Source of the DNA: Verrucomicrobiia bacterium
Lineage (GTDB): Bacteria > Verrucomicrobiota > Verrucomicrobiia > Limisphaerales > UBA8199
Length of the DNA: 64,000 nt
Direction: 5' to 3'
Assembly (NCBI GenBank): GCA_035934555.1
Contig: DASYXT010000096.1
Location: 1-64,000, forward strand
Below are positions 1-7,852 of the stretch, piece by piece. The position numbers and the translations under genes are program-made. Position 1 is the stretch's first letter; the number at the start of each line of letters is the position of its first letter. The notes under the pieces were generated by a model. That model was not told where the DNA came from, did not search any database, and was given only the letters and a program-made list of their open reading frames with translations.

Positions 1-147
1 TCTTCGTCCGATCATGCCGGGCTCAACCCGCGCGGCAGCCGAGTCATCGTGTGGTTTGATGATGACAGCAGTGTGACCATTTCGGGGCTCCACATCGCTG
101 CCATCGAGAAAGGGCTCTCGAACGGCGGTGGGAACGGCGAACCCTGA
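1..147 (+). CDS. Possible 3' end of a gene running off the window start (…VIVWFDDDSSVTISGLHIAAIEKGLSNGGGNGEP*)
   Basis: Frame 1 stays open from base 1 to TGA at 145-147. I recognise no domain. Confidence 0.2.
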   Translation, partial: SSSDHAGLNPRGSRVIVWFDDDSSVTISGLHIAAIEKGLSNGGGNGEP

Positions 148-520
148 AGGGTGCGGAGCGCGCCGGGGAGAGGGCATCCAAGTGGCAAATAAAGATGGTT
201 GGCGCGCGGAGCGAGCAAATACACCCCTGGTTGAACAAGCCGCTAACCGTCCGCCAGCGCGCGGTTTCTCGTTTCCACGCAGGGCAGATGCGGGTTTATG
301 AGCGCCGCCCTGAAGCTGGAGTCGCTTATATGAAGAGGGCGTTAGTACCTAAAATTCCGCCAGGCCTCCCGGATGATTGGAATATCGGGTCTGTAGCAGA
401 ATTTGTGGGTAAATCCATTTGAGAAATGGCGGCCTGCCGGCCGGGGAGACGATGAGTTTTTCGCTTTGACCATGGCTTGCGGAGGCATCCGAAAAGCAAA
501 CACCCGACCCAAGCGAGTGC

Positions 521-886
521 TTGGACCGGGCGGGATGCAGTCTCTGCAATCCATGGACGGTCCGGTGCTCGGGTTGCACTCCTGCAGAGCCCTATCCCCC
601 GGACCGCGAGGTAAACAGCATTGTGGGTACGTTTTGGGACGGGGTGGGCTGGCATGGATTTCTCGCCACCCTGGCCACACCGCCGCAGCTAGCTATTACG
701 AAAGCGGGGGGTGCGGTTAAAATCTCCTGGCCTTATCCTTCCACAGGCTGGAGCCTCCAGCAGAACGCGGACTTTGGCACAACGAACTGGGTGGCCAGCA
801 CCGGGGTTTCCAACGACGGGACGAATAATTTGCTAACGGTCGCCTTGCCATCGGGTACGAAGTTTTTCCGCCTGACCCATCCATAG
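521..886 (+). pseudogene. Short ORF or remnant encoding a C-terminal beta-sandwich-like tail (…TNWVASTGVSNDGTNNLLTVALPSGTKFFRLTHP*)
   Basis: Ends in an xFFRL-type motif similar to the C-terminus of the Ig-repeat protein at 50813-52153 (…RFYRVVTQ). Upstream ORFs at 195-422 and 403-720 sit in the other two frames and do not look protein-like, which is consistent with a frameshifted remnant. Confidence 0.25.
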
Positions 887-1034
887 TTGAATGGCGGCGG
901 TCGACTTCGCTGTTCCGGGCGGGAGGCAATGCCCAAAGCAAATCGTAGGAAATCGCATTATGTTGCAACGAAAGCGTGACGCACTGAGCGCTCCGCGGGG
1001 TGTTCAGGATGAACTACTTTAGACATAGGACGTG

Positions 1035-2963
1035 TCAGTTGACGAGTACATCGATATGGGTGCCTTGGGGGCCGCCGCGATAAACGCGCTCGGTGGCCTT
1101 CTGAAAGTCGGAAGCTTTTGCCTTGGTGATATCGACAAACGTCTGCGGGTTGCGATCCGTCAGCGGGAACCACGAGCTTTGGATCTGCAGCATGATCCGG
1201 TGTCCGGTGCGGAAGGTGTGGAGGACGTCGGGCATCACGAACTCGATTTTGGTTGGCTGGCCGGGTGTAAAAGGCTCCGGCCGTGAGAAGCTGTTGCGGA
1301 ATTTGCCGCGAAATGGTTCCCCGCGCAGCATCTGCTGGTAACCCGCCAAGTGCACCCCCGGCGGATTGGCAGGCGAGTCGGGATAGTCGTTAGGATAAAC
1401 ATCGATCAACTTCACCACGAAATCCGAATCGGTCCCCGATGTCGAGACGCGCAACACCGGCGTGACCGGTCCGGCGATGGTGACCTCGGCCTCGAGGGGT
1501 TCGGTCTGATAAGTGAGCACGTCGGTGCGGCGCGAGGCGAAGCGCTGGTCGCACGTCATGTAATCACCGGGCATGCCCGAGCCGATGTCGCCCGTGACCG
1601 GGACCGGTTTGGCGGGGTCGCTTACATATTCGTCGAATTGGTTCGCCGCGCCTGGGGCGGGAGCGAAGGCAAGGCCACCGTCTGCGTGCAGATAAAGAGA
1701 GCGACGGACGGCCTGCTTCGGTGGCCAGGCGTCGAAGCGCCGCCAGGTATCGGTGCCGGTCTCGAAGACCCAGGCCTTGGGCATGCGGGTTTGGTTGGCG
1801 TTCCGGCGGCGGCCCGCACCCTTCGGCTTGAGATGTTGCAGGAAGAACTGCAGCTCGATGTGTTCACGGAAGTACTTGGCCGTCTTCAATTCAAAGCTCA
1901 AATTGCCCAACCGGTCGCCGTCGCCGTGCGACCAACCGCCGTGCGACCACGGCCCCATCACGAGGGTGTTGGCGGGGGCATGCCCATCCTGTTCCACGGC
2001 GCGGAAAAGCTTCAACGGACCGGACAGGTCTTCGGCATCGAACCAGCCCCCGACAAACAACACGGCCGAGGTGAGGTTGTGCATGTGCGGGGCCAGAGCG
2101 CGCGAAGACCAGAAGTTGTCGTAAGTCCAATGGTTCACCATATCGGTCCAATATTGGTTTTCGTGCTTGAGATAGAGGTCGTCGGCGTTGGCCAGCGGCC
2201 CCATGCGCAGGTAAAAGTCGTAAGCATCCGGCGTCCCGAAATCGAACCGGAGCCCTTGCTTGGGCCGTTCGGGTTTCGGCCCACGCGGCTTGAAGCCGGT
2301 GTAGAATCCAAAGTTAGCAGCCAAATAAAAAGCGCCGTTATGATAAGCGTCGTCGCCGTTGCCCACGTCGGCCATGGGTGCCTGGGGCGAAGCCGCCTTC
2401 AGGGCCGGATGGGAATGGATCAAGGCGAACGCCGTGTAGAATCCGGGATAGGAAATCCCCCACATTCCGACACGGCCATTGTTATGCGGGATGTTCTTCA
2501 GGAGCCAATCGATGGTGTCATAAGTGTCGGTGCTCTCGTCGGTGTCCTTTGGGCCGTCGAAATGAGTCTTGTGCACCGGCACATCCTCGAAAACCCCTTC
2601 CGAAAGGTAGCGGCCGCGCACGTCCTGGTAAACGTAGATGAAGTCCTCGTTGGCGAAAGCTTCCGACGGCCCGAGCTGCGCGCGGTAATTGTCGATGCCG
2701 TAGGGGCCCACTGAGTAAGGCGTGCGCTGCATCAGGATGGGGCAAGGCTGACTGCTTTCCTTCGGCACATAGACGGAAGTGAACAGCTTGACTCCGTCCC
2801 GCATCGGAATCCGATATTCGAATTTCGTGAACCGTTCGCGCACCGATTCGGAGGACGGAGCAGCATGGTCCAGCCGGACCTGGGCCAGGGACCCGTTGGC
2901 GAAAAGCACGGAAGCAACCAAAAGAAGCAAGACGGGACGAAAACACTTCGAACTCAGGTTCAT
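1035..2963 (-). CDS. Secreted CocE/NonD-family alpha/beta hydrolase (S15 Xaa-Pro dipeptidyl-peptidase-like)
   Basis: 642 aa. N-terminal signal peptide (LLLLVASVLFANGSLAQ). Family motifs GMWGISYPGFY, VGGWFDAEDLSGPLKLF and MGPWSHGGW, and a C-terminal beta-sandwich. Confidence 0.8.
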   Translation of the reverse strand: MNLSSKCFRPVLLLLVASVLFANGSLAQVRLDHAAPSSESVRERFTKFEYRIPMRDGVKLFTSVYVPKESSQPCPILMQRTPYSVGPYGIDNYRAQLGPSEAFANEDFIYVYQDVRGRYLSEGVFEDVPVHKTHFDGPKDTDESTDTYDTIDWLLKNIPHNNGRVGMWGISYPGFYTAFALIHSHPALKAASPQAPMADVGNGDDAYHNGAFYLAANFGFYTGFKPRGPKPERPKQGLRFDFGTPDAYDFYLRMGPLANADDLYLKHENQYWTDMVNHWTYDNFWSSRALAPHMHNLTSAVLFVGGWFDAEDLSGPLKLFRAVEQDGHAPANTLVMGPWSHGGWSHGDGDRLGNLSFELKTAKYFREHIELQFFLQHLKPKGAGRRRNANQTRMPKAWVFETGTDTWRRFDAWPPKQAVRRSLYLHADGGLAFAPAPGAANQFDEYVSDPAKPVPVTGDIGSGMPGDYMTCDQRFASRRTDVLTYQTEPLEAEVTIAGPVTPVLRVSTSGTDSDFVVKLIDVYPNDYPDSPANPPGVHLAGYQQMLRGEPFRGKFRNSFSRPEPFTPGQPTKIEFVMPDVLHTFRTGHRIMLQIQSSWFPLTDRNPQTFVDITKAKASDFQKATERVYRGGPQGTHIDVLVN

Positions 2964-3487
2964 GCACGCTGAGCTAACTCAACCCCGAGCTAAGTCCAGT
3001 CAAAAATTCCAGGCGGTCCCGCTGAGAGTGAGCGAACTCCTCAAGGAAATGCGCGTGTCCAAACAAGCCGCCGGCCATTTATTAATAGGCACTTACGGTG
3101 GCTTGACACCTGCCGTTTTTGTGAGATTGATCGATCAGCAGTTGAAGCAGCCTAAGCTGGCTTTCCTTCCTGAGGGCCAGCGCGGGGGACCCAGATTCCC
3201 CGGACTGATGTGGCGCTGTGAAACGGGCGGCTGGAAAGCCGCCCACGGGCGGACAAGAAGGTCTGGCCTGCCAGGCTACAGGTGTTCGGGGACGGGGCGA
3301 AGGGCGGCGAGTAATCGTCGCCCAGGTCACTTCCTGGACCGAGCCCGTCAGCTAACCTCGTCGGCATCGGGAAGGGCGATCCTCCAGGAGCCCGCGAGTG
3401 CGGTCTTCTATGTTCACCCCGATAAAAAACGCGCTGGGCTTGGCGCGGCGATACCGCTCTGTGCCCATGCCACATCGGAGTAACGAT

Positions 3488-5290
3488 ATGAAACTGTTAT
3501 TCCTGTTTATGTCGGAGCACCCGGTGCTGACCGGGATGCTGTTAATCCTGTTCTTTCTCATAATGAGCCCAACGCTGCTGGGGGCGGTGTTAATCCGCGA
3601 GCGGCAGGTCGGGGTCGTGATAAAGAAGTTCGGCGCGCGTTCCTTGCCGCCGGGGCGCTTGATTGCTCTGGCCGGCGAGGCGGGCTACCAGGCCGACACT
3701 TTGGCGCCGGGATTGCACTTCGGTCTGTTCCGCTGGCAATACCGGATTCTGAAAATGCCCGTGGTGGTGGTGCCGCAGGGCGAGATTGCCCTGGTGGTGG
3801 CGGCCGATGGAGCGCCCATTCCGACGGAGCGCATCCTGGGAAAGGTTGTCGAGTGCGACAATTACCAGGACGCGCGGAAGTTCCTGGCCAACGGCGGTGA
3901 GAAAGGCCGGCAGTTGGGCATTCTGACGGCGGGCACTTACCGCATCAACCTGGCGTTGTTCACGGTGATTACCGCGGCCGACGCGCAGGAGCACGGGATG
4001 GAGATGTGGCAATTGCGCCTGCAACGGGTCGAACCGGACATGGTGGGGATCGTGACCACCCTGGACGGCAAGGCGATTGACGCGGGTGAAATTGCCGGGG
4101 CGATGGTGGCCGGGCACGACAACTTCCAGAACGCACAGGCGTTCCTGGACGGCGACGGCCGGCGCGGATTGCAGGAGCAGATCCTGTTGTCCGGCACGTG
4201 GAACCTGAACCCATGGTTCGTCCAGGTCGAACAGGTGCCCATGGTGCAGATCCCGATCGGCTACGTTGGGGTGGTCATCTCGTTCGTGGGGAAGGCGCAC
4301 GTCGATGTCAGCGGCCTCGAATTCAAGCACGGGGATTTGGTCGAAGCGGGTCACAAAGGCGTGTGGGTGACGCCGTTGTATCCGGGCAAACACCCGATCA
4401 ATACCCGCGTGATGAAAGTCGAGCCGGTGCCCACGACCAACATCGTCCTGAACTGGGCGACGCGGACCGAAGCGCACAAGTACGACGAGAAGTTGCAGTC
4501 GATCACCGTGCGCTCGAAAGATGGGTTTGCGTTCAACCTGGACGTGGCCCAGATCATCCACGTCGGCGCGCTGGATGCGCCCAAGGTGATCTCGAGGGTC
4601 GGGTCGATGCAGAACCTCGTCGATCACGTCCTGCAACCGATTGTTGGAAATTATTTCCGCAATTCGGCGCAGGATTACACGGTCCTGGACTTCCTCAGCG
4701 CGCGCAGTCAGCGCCAGGAAGAAGCCGCCGCGCACATTCGCGAAGCCATCGGCGCTTACGATGTGCAGGCCATCGACACGCTGATTGGCGACATCAATCC
4801 GCCGGCGGAGCTGATGCACACCCAGACGGACCGCAAGATCGCCGAAGAGCAGAAGCAGACCTACGAGATGCAGGAAGCCGCGCAGAAACAGCGGCAGCAA
4901 CTCGTGCGGCAGACCTCCCTGGCGGACATTCAGCAGCAGGTCGTCGGCGCCGAGCAAGGGGTGAACATCGCCGAGCTCCACGCCAACGCGCAGGTCAAGC
5001 AGGCGACGGGCGAAGCCGAAGCGGTGCGGTTGCGCGCGCACGGCGAGGCCGAGGCGATCCGCGCGACCGGCGCGGCGAAGGCCGACGCCTATAAGGTCGG
5101 CGTCGAGTCGCTGGGCGCGCAGCCTTACACGTTGATGCAGTTGATGCAAATCGTGGGGGAACGCAACGTGCGGATCGTGCCGGACGTGTCGGTGAGCGGC
5201 GCCAGCGCCAACCCCGGCTTGGTGGATGGGCTGCTGGGCATCATGCTGCGCGGGCAGGGCAACGCCCACGCGCCGGTAAAGAGCTCGTAG
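3488..5290 (+). CDS. Flotillin-like SPFH/band-7 protein
   Basis: Start MKLLFLF…, an N-terminal TM helix, a PHB/SPFH domain, and a long C-terminal coiled coil with EA-rich repeats (EAEAVRLRAHGEAEAIRATGAAKADAYKV) typical of flotillins. Confidence 0.8.
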   Translation: MKLLFLFMSEHPVLTGMLLILFFLIMSPTLLGAVLIRERQVGVVIKKFGARSLPPGRLIALAGEAGYQADTLAPGLHFGLFRWQYRILKMPVVVVPQGEIALVVAADGAPIPTERILGKVVECDNYQDARKFLANGGEKGRQLGILTAGTYRINLALFTVITAADAQEHGMEMWQLRLQRVEPDMVGIVTTLDGKAIDAGEIAGAMVAGHDNFQNAQAFLDGDGRRGLQEQILLSGTWNLNPWFVQVEQVPMVQIPIGYVGVVISFVGKAHVDVSGLEFKHGDLVEAGHKGVWVTPLYPGKHPINTRVMKVEPVPTTNIVLNWATRTEAHKYDEKLQSITVRSKDGFAFNLDVAQIIHVGALDAPKVISRVGSMQNLVDHVLQPIVGNYFRNSAQDYTVLDFLSARSQRQEEAAAHIREAIGAYDVQAIDTLIGDINPPAELMHTQTDRKIAEEQKQTYEMQEAAQKQRQQLVRQTSLADIQQQVVGAEQGVNIAELHANAQVKQATGEAEAVRLRAHGEAEAIRATGAAKADAYKVGVESLGAQPYTLMQLMQIVGERNVRIVPDVSVSGASANPGLVDGLLGIMLRGQGNAHAPVKSS

Positions 5291-5309
5291 TGAGGAACAG
5301 TAGAAACAT

Positions 5310-5344
5310 GCGTAGCGGCGCCACAAGCGCCGCTACGCCTTTCG
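5310..5344 (+). terminator. Stem-loop just after the flotillin stop codon
   Basis: gcgtagcggcgc-cacaa-gcgccgctacgc forms a 12-bp perfect stem and is followed by cTTTcg. Confidence 0.5.
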
Positions 5345-5549
5345 CATGAGTTGGAACAGCAGTTCCACCTTCCCATGAACCTGAAGGCAGGGCCGCAGTC
5401 CTCTGCGCGCCGTGTTCGCATGCCGCGGCGGGCAGGGACTGCCCGCCCTGGTGTGTCAGGCAGGCGCGGCCCTGCCTGACCTAAATCGTCAACGTTTCTT
5501 CTGGACAGTATCCTGCCAGTCAGGTAAGAATGAAGGCATTGGAGCTGAG

Positions 5550-6158
5550 ATGGCCAAGCTCTTGATTAAGTCTGAAGGGTTCAATAACCAGGTACTGCAC
5601 CTTAAACTGGGGCGCAATCTGATTGGTCGCAGCCCGATCAATGACATCCAGGTGGATCACCCGACGGTATCGGCGCAGCATTGTGAATTGATCCTGGATG
5701 GCAATGGCGTGGCAGCGCATGACTGCGATTCTACCAACGGCACGTTCCTGGATGGCGAACCGATAACGCATGCCACGTTAAGCGCCGGGCAAATTCTCAG
5801 GCTGGGCGACGTCGAAATGTTGGTAGAAACCACCGAGGTTAAAGTTGCCATTCCCAAATTTGACCTGCCCCGCCCTGCCCCGCCGGTTGCGCTGGCCGAT
5901 GGAGGCCTGATGTGCAATCGCCATCCCCGCGCCCGAGCGACGTACCAGTGCACCCATTGCCTGGAGGTGTTGTGCGAGGCATGTGTGCACCGGCTGCGCC
6001 GGCGGGGGGGCAAGGTGCTTAAACTGTGCCCGCTCTGCAGCCACAAATGCGAGTTGCTGGGCGGCGAGAAAAAGAAGAAGAAATCGTTGCTCGGCTTTCT
6101 TCAAAAGACGGTCAAACTGCCCTTCGTCCATACATCGAAACGGACCGACTCCGAGTAG
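5550..6158 (+). CDS. FHA-domain protein with a C-terminal Cys-rich zinc-ribbon/B-box-like motif
   Basis: FHA core LGRNLIGRSPINDIQVDHPTVSAQHCELILDGNG…STNGTFLDGEPI. C-terminus CNRHPRARATYQCTHCLEVLCEACVHRL…CPLCSHKC (about 8 Cys/His), then a poly-Lys tail. Confidence 0.75.
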   Translation: MAKLLIKSEGFNNQVLHLKLGRNLIGRSPINDIQVDHPTVSAQHCELILDGNGVAAHDCDSTNGTFLDGEPITHATLSAGQILRLGDVEMLVETTEVKVAIPKFDLPRPAPPVALADGGLMCNRHPRARATYQCTHCLEVLCEACVHRLRRRGGKVLKLCPLCSHKCELLGGEKKKKKSLLGFLQKTVKLPFVHTSKRTDSE

Positions 6159-6199
6159 CTGAGGTTTTTGAAATCTGACTGGGGTAACAACTTCGGCGC

Positions 6200-7852
6200 T
6201 TAAGCCGGCGCCCCCACCAGTTGTTCCTCGGCTTGCGGCAGCGGGTGAACCAGTTTGCCGTAGTCCAGCTTGAGCAACCGATCGGCGAGGTGGAAATAAT
6301 GGTCGTCGTGGGTAATCACGAGAACCGTTTTGCCGCGCGCTTTAAGGTCCGGAAGCAATTGGGAGTAAAAGACGCGTTTGAAGTGGGGGTCCTGGTCTGC
6401 AGCCCATTCATCAAACAGGTAGAAGGGGCGGTCTTCCAGGTAGGCGGTAAGCAGAGCCAGGCGCTTGCGCTGGCCTTGCGATAGGGCGGTCGTGGAGAGG
6501 GCGCCGTTGTTGATTTTTACTTTGTACTGGAGGTGGAGGGCTTCCAGGTACTCGGCCGCTTGAGCGTCCAGCCCGGGGCTTTCCAAGCCGAGAAGCTGAT
6601 CAAACAGGTAAAAGTCGGAAAAAACCGCGGCAAACAGTTGCCGGTACTGGTCGCGGTTTTCATTGGTGATCGGGCGGCCGTCGAGCCGGATTTCGCCCTG
6701 CTCCGGCACATACAAACCTGCAATCAACTTGGCGAGGGTGGATTTACCGCTGCCATTGCCGCCGACCAGAAAGACGAGTTCGCCGCGCCGGAATGCGAGG
6801 TTTATCGGGCCGAGCACAAAGTGGCTGTCGTCCTTCTCGGAGTGGTAGGAGTGCAGGACACCAATCAATTGGAGGCGCTCGAAAGTCAGCGGTGTCTCCT
6901 GCTGCTCGAACGAACAGGACTCGTTGGAGTGTTCGGCGAGCGAAATCCCAAGGTGCTGAACTTTTTGCAGGGCGATGCTCGCGCGGCCGAAGAGGGAAAA
7001 GCTGCTCATGACGCCAGCCAGCGGACCCATCAGATAGAGTGTGGTGACGACGTAGCCGGTCAGGGTGTGTCGGCTAAGGGCGGCCAGATGAGGCACAAGG
7101 AACAGGATTAAACCGATTAAAGCGAAGTACAGGAAGTGATTCCAGCTTTGCGCGATAATGAAACAGTTTTCCGCGGTGACATTGTGCCGCTGATAGATGT
7201 CAGTGGTCGATTCGACGTTGGCATAGTAGGCGCCGCGCCGGCGCCGGTGCAGTTTCAATTCCTTGATCCCCTCGGTCAAGGCGCGGAACGAAGTGAATAA
7301 TCTATCTTCGGCTTCGCGCGCCAGGTTCAGGTATCGAAAAGCCCGGCCGACGACCAACCGATAGCCGAACCCACCGACGAGGATCAAGCCGCCGACGCAA
7401 AGCAGGATTCTCCAGGAGAGCCAGCCGAGGTAAGCCGCCCCCCCCAATAACATGGCTATGTTGACGGTAATGACGGGAATCCCCAAGAGGGCCTGAGTGA
7501 TATTGAATACATCATCGGTTAGCGCGACCAGGATGCGGGCAGAGCCAAGTTCTTCCAATTGCCTAAGCGGAACAGCCAGGACCTGGCGGATCAAATCACG
7601 CCGCAACCTGGCAATGGCGCCTTGCGAAAACCGCACCAGCATGACCTGGGATGCGTAATTGCTGAGCAGCTTCCCCAGCCCAACGGCGATAAAGGGCCAC
7701 ATGAGCGAGCTGAAAGCCGACCGCGGCTCGGTGAGGGCGGTGCTGACCAGGGCCACGAGGGCGGCGTTACACGCGCCGCTAAAAATGGCCGCCAGCGTGG
7801 TGAAGACGACCATTCGGCGACAACTGCGGAAAACGAATTTAAGCAGCAGCAT
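6200..7852 (-). CDS. ABC transporter (fused permease + ATPase) of the cyclic-peptide exporter family (SyrD/PvdE/YojI-like)
   Basis: Six TM segments, then Walker A GGNGSGKST, signature LSQGQRKRLAL and Walker B FYLFDEWAADQD. The start MLLLKF at 7852 overlaps the NRPS2 stop at 7839-7841 by ~14 nt. The ORF extends to 7939 only through an unlikely N-terminal extension. Confidence 0.8.
   Translation of the reverse strand: MLLLKFVFRSCRRMVVFTTLAAIFSGACNAALVALVSTALTEPRSAFSSLMWPFIAVGLGKLLSNYASQVMLVRFSQGAIARLRRDLIRQVLAVPLRQLEELGSARILVALTDDVFNITQALLGIPVITVNIAMLLGGAAYLGWLSWRILLCVGGLILVGGFGYRLVVGRAFRYLNLAREAEDRLFTSFRALTEGIKELKLHRRRRGAYYANVESTTDIYQRHNVTAENCFIIAQSWNHFLYFALIGLILFLVPHLAALSRHTLTGYVVTTLYLMGPLAGVMSSFSLFGRASIALQKVQHLGISLAEHSNESCSFEQQETPLTFERLQLIGVLHSYHSEKDDSHFVLGPINLAFRRGELVFLVGGNGSGKSTLAKLIAGLYVPEQGEIRLDGRPITNENRDQYRQLFAAVFSDFYLFDQLLGLESPGLDAQAAEYLEALHLQYKVKINNGALSTTALSQGQRKRLALLTAYLEDRPFYLFDEWAADQDPHFKRVFYSQLLPDLKARGKTVLVITHDDHYFHLADRLLKLDYGKLVHPLPQAEEQLVGAPA

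Noticed and set aside
1350-2714. 454-aa plus-strand ORF antisense to the CocE/NonD peptidase gene
   Set aside because: Shadow ORF. It has no motifs, and the opposite strand encodes a well-supported hydrolase with a signal peptide.
3590-5326. 578-aa minus-strand ORF antisense to the flotillin gene
   Set aside because: Arg/Gly/Ala-rich low-complexity translation, typical of shadow ORFs in >60% GC DNA. The plus-strand flotillin reading frame has clear domain content.
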